NCBI GenBank assembly: GCA_963758525.1 | Contig: CAVWVQ010000003.1 | Span: 2,720,001 to 2,784,000, forward strand | Source of the DNA: an uncultured Phycisphaerales bacterium | GTDB lineage: Bacteria; Planctomycetota; Phycisphaerae; Tepidisphaerales; Tepidisphaeraceae | Reading direction: 5' to 3' | Length of the DNA stretch: 64,000 nt | In this document: in pieces, positions 30,380 through 39,774 of the stretch | Numbering within the stretch: position 1 is the stretch's first letter | Layout: each line of letters starts with the position of its first letter | Notes under the pieces: model-generated | The model's input: only the letters and a program-made list of their open reading frames with translations | Database searches by the model: none | Told to the model about the DNA's origin: nothing | Translations under genes and position numbers: made by a program

Positions 30380-30775
30380 TCATGGTTCTTCCGGCCAGCG
30401 AGCGTCGGGCATCAGCCCGGCGTGTTGCAGACGCGATATGGACGCAAAAAGCTCCGTTGGTGGGTCGCCCGTCGACAGACCGCCAGAGATCAGGAGAACA
30501 ACACCCGGTCCCCCCGCAACACTGGCGGCGTCACGGCGCTTATGTCCCAGTGCCGCCTCAATGGCGGCAATGTCGCTGAGCAAGAGTTGCCGGTACTCGT
30601 CGAGCTCAGTGTATTCACCGCCCAATTCCTTGTTGATCGCCTCGAAATGCTTCTGGTCGAGTTCTTCAATCGCGCGTCTGGCCTGAGCGATCGCTGAGCA
30701 GGCCCACTGTTGATCTATTCCGAATTCGTGAATGGCTTTGAACCCGATTGACCGGACGAACATGTCTGCGCCCAC
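30380..30775 (-). CDS. Hypothetical protein, tandem paralog A
   Basis: AAGGAG RBS; aligns end to end with 30873-31262. Confidence 0.8.
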   Translation of the reverse strand: MGADMFVRSIGFKAIHEFGIDQQWACSAIAQARRAIEELDQKHFEAINKELGGEYTELDEYRQLLLSDIAAIEAALGHKRRDAASVAGGPGVVLLISGGLSTGDPPTELFASISRLQHAGLMPDARWPEEP

Positions 30776-30872
30776 GTCAGGCTCCTTTCAATTTTGGTTG
30801 TCGCCGGTGGTTTCCGCGCAGCACTTCAGTTGTGATGGAGGTTCCAACGCCGCGCGGTTACGGCTCTCACGG

Positions 30873-31262
30873 TTAAGTGGGCCAGCGAGCGTCGGGCATC
30901 ACCTCGGCGTGATGCAGGCGGGAGATCGACTCAAACAGTTCGCTCGGCGCGTCGCCCCACGACAGACCGCCCGAAACCAGAAGAACGACGCCGGATCCCC
31001 CCGCAATGAAAGTGGCGTCACGGCGGTCATCGGCCAGCCCCTCCTCAACCGTGGCGACATCGCTGAGCAGAAGTTGCTTATACTGCGTGAGATCAGTGTA
31101 TTCGCCGCACATCTCTTCGTTGATCGCCTCGAAACGTGCCTGTTCGAGAGCGGCAATTGCGCGCTTGGCCTGAGCAATCGCTGAGCGGGCTTGCCTCCGA
31201 TCCAGCTTGAACCCGCGGTTGGCTTTGAACCCGATTGACTGCAGCAGTGTGCCTGCACCCAT
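30873..31262 (-). CDS. Hypothetical protein, tandem paralog B
   Basis: AAGGAG RBS; shares SIGFKA, SAIAQA, LLLSD, SGGLS.GD.P.ELF and MPDARWP with 30380-30775. Confidence 0.8.
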   Translation of the reverse strand: MGAGTLLQSIGFKANRGFKLDRRQARSAIAQAKRAIAALEQARFEAINEEMCGEYTDLTQYKQLLLSDVATVEEGLADDRRDATFIAGGSGVVLLVSGGLSWGDAPSELFESISRLHHAEVMPDARWPT

Positions 31263-31272
31263 GTTGCTCCTT

Positions 31273-32367
31273 TCAGTTGTCGTCGTCAGAGGAGTTAGCC
31301 CGGTACTTGAGCTGCGACAGACGGCAATCGGTCGCTGCCACGTCATCGCGCACCCCGAGACATACAGGTTGATACAGACTGCCGCCCGGGTAGGCATACA
31401 AATAGCGTATCTCGATGATCTGGCCGGCGGCAGGAATATCCTGGTTGGCGGGAATGGTGACATTGCCGACAGCGACCCGGCGTGCCTCACCGTCGAGCAG
31501 CTCCAGCTTCACGCTCCGCTTGCTGCCGTTCGTGCCGGCGACAACGCAAGATGCCGTTGCCGTGAATTTGAGCTTGAACTGACTGCCGCCACTGTTGGGC
31601 CGGCCCGGCGTGTACGGCGCTGACCTGTCCTTGAAAACCACGCCTTCCCTCCTCTCCCGCTTCAGCCGTTCCAGCATCGCCCGCTTCGGCTTTGTGCCGC
31701 TGGCAGATTCGACATACCGCAGGCCATCGGCCGCAACACCGTCAACAAGGTCCAGCAACATCGTATGACGGATGGAGTAGCGACTGGCCCTCACATCAGT
31801 ACCACCGGCGTACAGGAGATCGAAGGCGTGGTAGATGTCGCCCACGACTTCGCCGTCGAGCAGGCAATCCGTGACGCTCAAGAGCTGGACGGCCTCGGCG
31901 ATCGGCAACGGCAGGCAGGTGGTCAGGCCCTTGCGGTTGATGGCCGTCACCGTGTTTCCGTGCTTGCGGATCAGTATCCTGCAACCGTCGTGCTTTTCCT
32001 GCATCCACCAGCGGTCGCCGGCGAGATATTGCTCGACTTCGGACTCTTCGATCGGATTGAGCAACTGCGGCAGGATGCCCGTGACGCGATCGGCTTTCTC
32101 GGTGTGCTGGTACGGCGTCCCGTCTTTGCCGGGCGTGTAGCCTTTGGCGGTCTTCTCCTTCACCAGCTTGTCGTAGATCCTCTTGGCCTCGTCGAAGCCC
32201 ACGGGCAACTCAGTCTTCGTGCCCGTGGTCATGGTCGAGCCCCGCCGGCCGTAAGAGTAGGTCACGATGAAGCCAGAACCGGACGGCTCGATCGCGGCGG
32301 AATAGACTTTGTCGCTGGATCCCTCGCGGTAATAGAGCGTGATTTGCTCTGCTTGTGTTTCTGTCAT
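31273..32367 (-). CDS. WGR domain plus ATP-dependent DNA ligase
   Basis: N-terminal SDKVY...SYGRRG...EK..KGY (WGR); QEKHDGCR (KxDG), LDGE, AFDLL, EGVVFK; short OB-fold tail. Confidence 0.9.
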   Translation of the reverse strand: MTETQAEQITLYYREGSSDKVYSAAIEPSGSGFIVTYSYGRRGSTMTTGTKTELPVGFDEAKRIYDKLVKEKTAKGYTPGKDGTPYQHTEKADRVTGILPQLLNPIEESEVEQYLAGDRWWMQEKHDGCRILIRKHGNTVTAINRKGLTTCLPLPIAEAVQLLSVTDCLLDGEVVGDIYHAFDLLYAGGTDVRASRYSIRHTMLLDLVDGVAADGLRYVESASGTKPKRAMLERLKRERREGVVFKDRSAPYTPGRPNSGGSQFKLKFTATASCVVAGTNGSKRSVKLELLDGEARRVAVGNVTIPANQDIPAAGQIIEIRYLYAYPGGSLYQPVCLGVRDDVAATDCRLSQLKYRANSSDDDN

Positions 32368-32601
32368 GTTTGTCTCCTTGGATAAATGAAAATGCGCCCT
32401 GAAGCGGGGTGTGAGTGATGGTTGGCGGGGCGTGCTGAGCGTCGCCAGCCCCCTCAAAACAAGTACAGGATTCTCCTAAACCGGCACACGACGGCGGCTC
32501 AATTGATTCGGGGCATGGGCGCTCGAAGAATTCAGATGAAGCAGGTTGCAACTCCGAGTATCGAGCCCGCTTCCTGCTGAGCTTCAAACGAGGAGAATCC
32601 C

Positions 32602-33036
32602 ATGACTCACAGCACATTTGACCCCACCGGCGACCCTGAACGCAGCGGCTCGACTATGCCGCCGCTGGCAACGCCGGGAATCGAAATCTCAGAAGAAAAC
32701 GAAGGCAGGCTGCTGATCGTCAAGCTGATCGGGAAGCTGCATAAGGACGACTACCGTCACTTCCTGCCCGTGGTGCAAAAGGCCATCGGGCGCTATGGCA
32801 AGGTTCGCATGCTGGTGCAGATGCTCGACTTCCACGGCTGGGACGCCGGTGCATTGTGGGAAGACATCAAATTCGACGTGAAGCACTTTAATGACATCGA
32901 GCGACTGGCGATGGTGGGCGAGCGGACTTGGGAAAAATGGATGGTGATCTGCTGCAAGCCGTTCACCACCGCGAAAATGCGGTATTTCCCGGTCGAAGAG
33001 CTAGCCGAAGCGCGGACGTGGATCATGGCAGCGTAA
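32602..33036 (+). CDS. STAS/SEC14 (SpoIIAA-like) domain protein
   Basis: GKLHKDDY...GKVRML...FHGW...ALWEDIKF...IERLAMVG...W. Confidence 0.9.
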   Translation: MTHSTFDPTGDPERSGSTMPPLATPGIEISEENEGRLLIVKLIGKLHKDDYRHFLPVVQKAIGRYGKVRMLVQMLDFHGWDAGALWEDIKFDVKHFNDIERLAMVGERTWEKWMVICCKPFTTAKMRYFPVEELAEARTWIMAA

Positions 33037-33057
33037 TCCCGGCCGCAGTTGAGCTGT

Positions 33058-33747
33058 TTATGCCGCGGAAAGCTCCGCCGATAGCAGGTTGATAGTCACG
33101 TCGCGATCGACGGGCAAGCCCCGCAGCCACCGGGCAAACTGGCCGACCATCAGGCCCGCACAGATCGATGCCGTGTACAGCGTGCTCTTGGCCGTACACG
33201 ATCCGGCATACGCCTCTTCGGCACCAAACAGCGTAGTGGCGTAGTAGTAATCACCGCCCGGCTGCCCGCTGGCCAGCACCCGGAGCACTTCGGCGGACAT
33301 TCTCCCATCTGCGAAGAAGTGGAGATGCTCTCTGGTCGATTCCCAAATGAGCTTTCGCGTCACAATGGAATCGACGCAGCAGAAGAGCGCCAACCGCACC
33401 CCGTTCTGGCGAATCCATTCCAGCCGACGGGCCGATGAGCGCCGGAAGGGCTCTGCCTGACAGACCAGTGTAATCTCCGGGTAGATGCAGCGGCAGAGCC
33501 GGCCGGTGGCCTCGACCTTGGGCTGGTCCAGATCCTGGGGCCAATACCCCTGGGGAGCCAGATTCTCGACACCAACGGTGTCGTGATCGATCAGATCCAT
33601 CACCGGCACGCCCGTCGCCGCCAGCTGCATCGCCACCTGCCGGCCCACCGCCCCCGCACCGACCACCACGGCATGGACCTTCGCCAGATTGTCAGGCGGG
33701 ATCAACTCCCGCTGGCGGATATCCCGGTCGGGATGACTGGTGCTCAT
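33058..33747 (-). CDS. ThiF-family E1-like adenylyltransferase
   Basis: [30 protein letters not shown]...R, DGRM; candidate catalytic Cys in GSCTAKS. Confidence 0.92.
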   Translation of the reverse strand: MSTSHPDRDIRQRELIPPDNLAKVHAVVVGAGAVGRQVAMQLAATGVPVMDLIDHDTVGVENLAPQGYWPQDLDQPKVEATGRLCRCIYPEITLVCQAEPFRRSSARRLEWIRQNGVRLALFCCVDSIVTRKLIWESTREHLHFFADGRMSAEVLRVLASGQPGGDYYYATTLFGAEEAYAGSCTAKSTLYTASICAGLMVGQFARWLRGLPVDRDVTINLLSAELSAA

Positions 33748-34561
33748 CGTTCCTCCCGGTCGGTGATCTCGAAGTAGCTGGCATAGCCGTCGTCCATCGC
33801 CAGCTCATCGTGCCGGGCATAAATGTCATCTTCCTGGAACAGGTGGCTGGTGCGGGATTGACGATGGGAGGGCCGCAGATCGACCTCGTCCTCGAAGTAG
33901 CTGGAGGGCGAGGCGTCATGGATGTTGGTGCCGTATTCATCCATCCACTTCTCGGTCACGGCGCTCAATTCAGCCCCATTGTCAATGAGGATCTGGGGCC
34001 AGGTTTCCCAGTCGACCCGCACGGGCAGTGAGACCGATCCGCCGGGACCGACGTTGAACGTCAGCCGTGCGAATGTCTGGTGGGTCCGGCTGACGATGAG
34101 CATGATCGCCCAGTCACATTTCCCGAAGACGCGCTGAAAGGTCTCCTCATCCACGGAACTGGGCAGGGGGCTCTCACCGGGGTGTGTGTGCGCCAGATCC
34201 TGGCAAACCGGGCGGGGGTGAGGCCGCGATCGATGCAGTCATCGAAGTAATCCGCCACTGCCGTGTCATCGAACGCCACGGTGACCGGCGTGCAGGTCTG
34301 CTTCACTGTCTGGAAATTTTCGACGTAGAGCGGCTGCTTCTCAGCGCTAATGGCGAAGCCGCCGACTTCCGTGTCGCCGGCGTGGAGGAAGAATAGGAAC
34401 TTGAGCCAGGCCAGCGGCGAGAAGGTCACTGCCGCGGGCTCCTCACGCCGCCTGTGCATCGGAAACGCCAGCGGTGCCGGCTCCGGCTTCTCCATCAGTC
34501 GTGCCGCCCGCAGGCCCGACTGGTTGGGGGTCGGAAATATCTCGGAAATGGGAATGTGCAT
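33744..34561 (-). CDS. JAB/MPN metallopeptidase (frameshift at about 34193)
   Basis: TEVGGF, then with one G restored [20 protein letters not shown], giving the E...HxH...SxxD JAMM motif. Confidence 0.85.
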
Positions 34562-35549
34562 GGGAGGTCTCCGTTTGGGGTTGCGGTTGTTCTGGAGCGG
34601 GATCGTGAACGGGATCGTCCTCGGTCTCTTCCGCTTCTTCTTCGTTGGCTTCCTCTCTCTTCTTGTCGTCGAGTTCTTTGCACTTGGGGCACAGCCGTTC
34701 GCCGTCGTCATTGCTGCCCGCGCAGCCGAGGCAGATGGATGCATCACATCGATCGCACGATCGAATGCAGTTGTCGCAGTACTCTTGATCGCAGTGGTTG
34801 CAGCAGTACGCTCCGTCGCTGGATGTCGACCTGCCGCAATCCGAGCACGGTTGGCCGTCCCAATCGCCCAGTGCCACGTAGGGGGAGGCGCGGTTGTAGG
34901 TGTGGAGAACGCGGTTCACGAGCTGAAACGCATCGCCGATCCGGCCTTCGGCCAGAGCGTAAGAGATCGGACCCCTGGCATCGCCGGCGCAGAGGCGTTC
35001 GCCCCGGACGTGTGGGTGTGTGCAGGTGTTATCGCTGGAAGCAGGATTGGGATCTTTGGCGAAAATTGTGAATGCCGATGCGTCTCTCCGCTGAGAGAAA
35101 ACATCAAAATGCAGTTGGATGGCAAAGCGGCCCAGGCAGACGTCTTCCAGCGTTATTTCATCCGTCGTAACATCGATGCGGCCCTCTTTGGGAAGGATCT
35201 CTACCTCGCTGAATTCGTCTGTCAGGTACCGGATTTCAGCGAGGATGTCGGCGACGCCGGGAACGTCGGTGGCAGTGGGATCGACTGTTCCTGGAGGGCG
35301 GGTGGTTCTGGAGGCGGAATTTATCTGAGTGATATGCCATTGAAGCCGGATAGACAGGAGCTCGGCGCTGTGCGTCCATCCGTGTGACATAGCCGTGCGG
35401 TACAGCCGCCAGCACCGTTCCATCGTCCGCTGCTGGTCCAGCAGCAAAGAGAGCGAAGTCATCCAATCAGGCGATTCGCCACGGTTGGCGCGGGTGAGAA
35501 TGCGGTGCAGTCGAAGGGCGGCCCAGAGGGTGAGGGATTTCTTCTTCAT
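34443..35549 (-). CDS. Prokaryotic E2-like protein with C-terminal multi-CxxC zinc domain and acidic tail
   Basis: THPHVRGERLCAG resembles the UBC HPN...IC motif; six CxxC pairs follow; lies between the Ubl and JAB genes. Confidence 0.72.
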   Translation of the reverse strand: MKKKSLTLWAALRLHRILTRANRGESPDWMTSLSLLLDQQRTMERCWRLYRTAMSHGWTHSAELLSIRLQWHITQINSASRTTRPPGTVDPTATDVPGVADILAEIRYLTDEFSEVEILPKEGRIDVTTDEITLEDVCLGRFAIQLHFDVFSQRRDASAFTIFAKDPNPASSDNTCTHPHVRGERLCAGDARGPISYALAEGRIGDAFQLVNRVLHTYNRASPYVALGDWDGQPCSDCGRSTSSDGAYCCNHCDQEYCDNCIRSCDRCDASICLGCAGSNDDGERLCPKCKELDDKKREEANEEEAEETEDDPVHDPAPEQPQPQTETSHAHSHFRDISDPQPVGPAGGTTDGEAGAGTAGVSDAQAA

Positions 35550-35575
35550 GGCGAACAGTCCTCCGGGAATGACAG

Positions 35576-35613
35576 AGCCCGCCTGAACGGAAAGATTCTC
35601 GTTCAGGCGGGCT
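35576..35613. terminator. 14-bp perfect stem-loop between the Ubl and E2-like genes
   Basis: AGCCCGCCTGAACG, 10 nt loop, CGTTCAGGCGGGCT; no clear U-tract. Confidence 0.6.
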
Positions 35614-35642
35614 GGAGAACGCATCTACGCACAGCCGGTGAC

Positions 35643-35861
35643 TCAGGCACCTTCGATCTTGAGCGGCGTCATGCTGATGCGGGAACCGGCCACCAGAACC
35701 TGATCGGCCGCGGCGGGAAGGCGATCGACCCGGATCAGATAGTCGGTGGGATTGGCGTCGGGCATCTTCTGCTGGAACAGTTTCTTGACGGTGGTGCCTT
35801 CCTCCACCTCGATGTGGTCGGCGAACCCGCCGCCTTCGTTGTTGATGTACAAAATCTTCAT
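35643..35861 (-). CDS. Ubiquitin-like (beta-grasp) protein ending KIEGA
   Basis: 72 aa with beta-grasp pattern (EVEEGTTV..L, YLIRV, L..G.RI); near-terminal Gly; AAGGAG RBS; first gene of the E2-JAB-E1 run. Confidence 0.85.
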   Translation of the reverse strand: MKILYINNEGGGFADHIEVEEGTTVKKLFQQKMPDANPTDYLIRVDRLPAAADQVLVAGSRISMTPLKIEGA

Positions 35862-35929
35862 GGGGTCTCCTTGTATAAAAGGGTTGGAATGGAAAACGGA
35901 TGAAAGAACATCGGGCGGGGCGGAATGGC

Positions 35930-36370
35930 TCAGCGATAACTTTCAGCGCACCGCGGGTCGAACTGACCATTTCCGCGGTGACGATCGTGTTGAGGCGAAT
36001 CGTACGCGCCAAATGGGCCATACTCTTCCTCCTCCGATCCATCATCGACGGGGCCACGCACCGGCGCTGGGCCACCCCGCCGGCTATCGCGATCGACCGG
36101 TGGCGTGGGGAACAAATGCCGCGGTCTGCTGATGGGGGATTTGAAAAGGACGCCCAGGCGATGGATGGCAAACGCCAACATCGTTATGCCGGCAATGGCG
36201 ATCGCCACAGCCGGCGGAACAAAGAGCGCGCCCTGGAGCACAGGCGAGCTTTGAACCAGCCGATGAACGACCGCTGCGCCGGGTTGGCCATTGAGTTCCT
36301 GTAACACGGCGTAGGCGGTCAGCACCATGCCGACCAAAGCGAAAAGCATGACACGAAAGAGCGAAGTCAT
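35930..36370 (-). CDS. Two-TM hypothetical protein
   Basis: GGAGG RBS; two hydrophobic segments. Confidence 0.65.
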   Translation of the reverse strand: MTSLFRVMLFALVGMVLTAYAVLQELNGQPGAAVVHRLVQSSPVLQGALFVPPAVAIAIAGITMLAFAIHRLGVLFKSPISRPRHLFPTPPVDRDSRRGGPAPVRGPVDDGSEEEEYGPFGAYDSPQHDRHRGNGQFDPRCAESYR

Positions 36371-36435
36371 GAAAACCTCCGGAATTCGGTACGAGGGGTG
36401 AATGCAAACGGGAAGACAGTGAATTGGTCGTTCGC

Positions 36436-36660
36436 CTACGAAGCGAGCGCCCGTGAGCTGGGGAATGACTTTGCGGGAACAGGATGCAGCCGCGTGACCC
36501 CTTCGTGCATGGCGGAAAGGGATCGATTCACGGCGGCGAGCACGCGCCGGTTGGCACGCTGGTCGTGGGTGCGCTGGAGCTGACGCCGGCTCGGCAGGAT
36601 GTTATTTCCCAGCATCTCCAGGTCGGACGACGAGAGGTCGGTGGCGGATACGTACAGCAT
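36436..36660 (-). CDS. Small protein, paralog of 37492-37719
   Basis: LSSSDLEMLGNN...LAAVNRSLSAM; AAGGAG RBS. Confidence 0.75.
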   Translation of the reverse strand: MLYVSATDLSSSDLEMLGNNILPSRRQLQRTHDQRANRRVLAAVNRSLSAMHEGVTRLHPVPAKSFPSSRALAS

Positions 36661-36781
36661 GGGATTCTCCTTCTGTTGCAGCCCACCCCGGCAAGGGGCG
36701 GCCGCGTGGTTATGTGAAACGCGACCACCCGGCACACGCCAGGCAGATCAGAGAGCTTGATTTGTTTGGGGAAACAGCGAA

Positions 36782-37050
36782 CTACGTCGGGGGTGAGGGC
36801 GGTGTGTCGGTGGGCGCTGCCGGTGGTTCACCGTCTTGCTCCCAAAGAGATCGGTGAGCGTTGCGGAGAGCAAGCACGCAAATGACGGCGGTTTTCTCTG
36901 CCCGGCGGTACGCCTTTCGGGCATCGGCTTCAGTAAGCCCCTGGCGGGTCAGATCGCCGTCGATCCCCGCCGGTCGTATTCCATTACCGCGCTCAGCACA
37001 TGGGCGGCGGTGACAATCCGTTCGGAGTGATTGTGTTCGCATGCAGCGCG
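36782..37050 (-). pseudogene. Internally shortened, frameshifted paralog of 37808-38176
   Basis: IVTAAHVLSAVMEYDRRG and AVICVLALRNAHRSLWEQ match QVHSRTILQTMLELQRQG and TMVCIVSLRKSHFELWEAQ. Confidence 0.65.
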
Positions 37051-37063
37051 ATGCGGGAGGCAA

Positions 37064-37452
37064 TCAGGCTTGTTTGGCTTCGCGAACCGCAATCGCGTCG
37101 AAATGCTGTTTGAGCGCCGCCTGAATGTTTCGGGCCTCAGAGCCCCGCCCGATCGTCTCGTGATATTCGACGCCGAGGGCAACGGCGAGAAACCGAAGCA
37201 TCTGAAGGCCGTACACACCGGTAAGCTCTTTCACGGGTTGGCCATTAACGAAGAGAGTGCCCTTGGGCGAGCCGTCCGACTTGTACTTCCTGGTCATGTG
37301 CTCCACGACTGCCGCCGGCAGCCCGGCATCGGTGAAAGCTTCAGGCTTGAGGATCGAATGACCGTTACAAAGTGATGCCGCCCGGAGATCACCTCCGGGC
37401 GGCACTCCTTGACCAGGCGCACGATCTGATGGATTTGTGGGCGTGAACTCAC
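37064..37452 (-). CDS. Hypothetical protein (start uncertain, likely frameshift)
   Basis: Protein-like 3' part GHSILKPEAF...SDGSPKGTLFVNG...GVYGL..L..LA..LGV...GRGSEAR. Confidence 0.55.
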
Positions 37453-37491
37453 AGTGTGTCTCCGGTGTGAGCGTTTGGGAGGGAGGGACCG

Positions 37492-37719
37492 TCAAGCCAC
37501 AACGGCGCTGACCGCAGGGGACGGCTGGTGGAGACAGGCGGCGTAGAGCGCGCCGACTTTCTCGCCCATGCTCGACAGCGAACGGTTCACGGCGGCGAGC
37601 TGGCGGCGCTGATACACGTGGCGGCGTTGCGGACTCCGGCGACGGTGACCGGGATCGACGTTGTTTCCCAGCATGGCAAGATCGCACGAGGACAGACGTG
37701 AAGCGGGAATAATGGACAT
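37492..37719 (-). CDS. Small protein, paralog of 36436-36660
   Basis: LSSCDLAMLGNN...LAAVNRSLSSM; AAGGAG RBS. Confidence 0.75.
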   Translation of the reverse strand: MSIIPASRLSSCDLAMLGNNVDPGHRRRSPQRRHVYQRRQLAAVNRSLSSMGEKVGALYAACLHQPSPAVSAVVA

Positions 37720-37807
37720 GAAATCTCCTTGTTGCGCAGAGTCGCGCAGCTTGAAAGTGGTGACACAGAGCGAACGCGGTATCCCGGCACGCGCCGGGAA
37801 CTACCGC

Positions 37808-38176
37808 TCAGGTGGTGAGATCTGAGTCAGGGGTGATCGGCGGCTCGGGAAGGGCGGCGGGTGGGGCTGATGGATCGAGCTGCTCCAGGCGTTCACCCAT
37901 CTGGGCTTCCCAGAGCTCGAAATGGCTCTTTCTCAGCGAGACGATGCACACCATCGTGAGAAGCTCGATGGCTTTCTGAACGCGCTGGGTTTTCTTGTGC
38001 GAGCCGCCAAGGGCCAGGAGTTTCTGGTACAGGTCTGAATATGACTCCATGACGAAGCTGGCCAGATCAGGCTCGACCTTTTCCAGGTGGGACATGGCGG
38101 GCGTGATCCCCTGGCGCTGCAGCTCCAACATTGTCTGGAGGATGGTGCGGGAATGCACCTGTTGATCAGATGCCAT
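37808..38176 (-). CDS. Hypothetical helical protein
   Basis: GGAG RBS before ATG 38176; paralog remnant at 36782-37050. Confidence 0.7.
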   Translation of the reverse strand: MASDQQVHSRTILQTMLELQRQGITPAMSHLEKVEPDLASFVMESYSDLYQKLLALGGSHKKTQRVQKAIELLTMVCIVSLRKSHFELWEAQMGERLEQLDPSAPPAALPEPPITPDSDLTT

Positions 38177-38544
38177 AAGTAAATGCTCCGGTTGAAATTC
38201 TCGTTGGCGGGCGGAAAGTGCTGGCCACTGCCCGTGTAACGGGCTACCCAACGACGTGGAACGTAAACGAGAGGACAATCGCCACGCGATCACCGCGAAG
38301 AGGAGGCACCCCAACATCGCGATGGCGGATCGCAAGCACTGGACGATTGCCGGCGTGCCTACGGTAACGGCGGCTTGGCGAGCTACAACTTCATCAGGCT
38401 AAAAGAGAGAAATACCAACACGATCCCCGCCGTCGTGTCGAATCAGCAGAGTCACGCAATGATGTCGCGAGGGAAAGCAAACATTTATTCGCGCCCGCGG
38501 TCGCGTTAGCATCTTCTTCTCTTCGAAATACACGATGGTGACAC

Positions 38545-39774
38545 ATGCAAGACGACACTTGGCTTAGCGCTCAATTTCCCTTTCCGCTGGTTCGCACGAA
38601 CATGGAAGGTGTCTACACGACACCAGCGCCGCCCGACCATCTGAACTTCGAGACGGCAAGTTCCGCTGCTGCAGCCCAGTATGGACTGCTGTTGCATCGT
38701 CCAAAGCGTGGCGATAGTGCTGCCGTGATATCCGCGTGGAAGCGGATCACTGAAAAGGGGCTGCGAATTCTCGCACCAATTCTGGAGCCACTGCCTGAGC
38801 CAGTGCGCCGTCCCAGGGGATCGCCGGGACGATGGCCGAATGGACCACAAGCACTGAGCACGAACTGGTGTGGGTGCGTGCTGGAGGGAGCGGGTAATTG
38901 GAGCAGCGTGGTCGGAACGTTCCGCCTGCCGTACTTGAACGCTCCATACGGTGTTCAGGCAAGCGAGTGTGCTGGCCTCTCGGCGTGGGTAGGCTTGGAT
39001 GGATGGAAGGCCGCGCCGTTGGAGCTGCTTCAAACAATTATGAACTTCAACTTGGACGCGAGTACCAATCCGCCCTCAGCGTTCTTCAATTATCCGACGT
39101 GGCAGTGGTGGATACCTGATCCGAACGATCCGAATGCGTCAAGTTACTTCGGGGGTGGCACCGTGATGAATGCGCCGGCGATGAAATCCGGAGACCTTGT
39201 CCAATTGTCCTGCGCGTATGCGACCGGTCTGGACGGATCACCCTGGGGTCATGTCTCTTTCCTGTTCTACAACGATCAGAGCAATGGAAGTCCGGTCCTG
39301 ATGAATTTCATGTTTCCCGGACCGCCGACGGTGGCAGGGCAAGGCGGGTCGATAGAGTGGATCATGGAGAACGAAGCGGCTACGAACAATCAGTCCGACA
39401 CGATCGTCCCCGTCTTCTCGGCAACCCCGAATTCGATTACTCCAATCACGTTCACTCAAGCGGCGGGTTCCAGTCAGTCGGGGAGTGTCATTGGCAATCC
39501 TTTGGACGGATTTACCGTCCTGTGGGAGGACAGCGCCGGGCAGGCGAGCAACGTCGCGGCGGTGTCCATCGCGCCGCAAGAGGTCTCCATTCTTTACAAA
39601 GGCGAAATTCCGCCGCCGGTCGACTGCGCCGAACTGGTGCAAAGTATCCAGGTAGTATTGACTACCAGTCTTCGCCTAACCGGGGCGCAGTGGGCACAAG
39701 CAAAACAACAGCTTCTCAACTGCCGGAGCGAGGGGCGGATCACTGAAGCGCAGTACCAGACCCTTGATGGGTGA
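38545..39774 (+). CDS. G1 (eqolisin) glutamic peptidase family protein
   Basis: STNWCG, SAWVGLDG, LLQ (catalytic Q), EWIME (catalytic E); N-terminal pro-region. Confidence 0.8.
   Translation: MQDDTWLSAQFPFPLVRTNMEGVYTTPAPPDHLNFETASSAAAAQYGLLLHRPKRGDSAAVISAWKRITEKGLRILAPILEPLPEPVRRPRGSPGRWPNGPQALSTNWCGCVLEGAGNWSSVVGTFRLPYLNAPYGVQASECAGLSAWVGLDGWKAAPLELLQTIMNFNLDASTNPPSAFFNYPTWQWWIPDPNDPNASSYFGGGTVMNAPAMKSGDLVQLSCAYATGLDGSPWGHVSFLFYNDQSNGSPVLMNFMFPGPPTVAGQGGSIEWIMENEAATNNQSDTIVPVFSATPNSITPITFTQAAGSSQSGSVIGNPLDGFTVLWEDSAGQASNVAAVSIAPQEVSILYKGEIPPPVDCAELVQSIQVVLTTSLRLTGAQWAQAKQQLLNCRSEGRITEAQYQTLDG

Noticed and set aside
33058..35861. Thiamine or molybdopterin biosynthesis (ThiF/ThiS, MoeB/MoaD)
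   Set aside because: No pathway genes nearby, the Ubl lacks terminal GG, and E2-like and JAB genes intervene.
36436..37719. RiPP precursor peptides
   Set aside because: No modifying enzyme, transporter or leader peptidase typical of RiPP clusters is adjacent.
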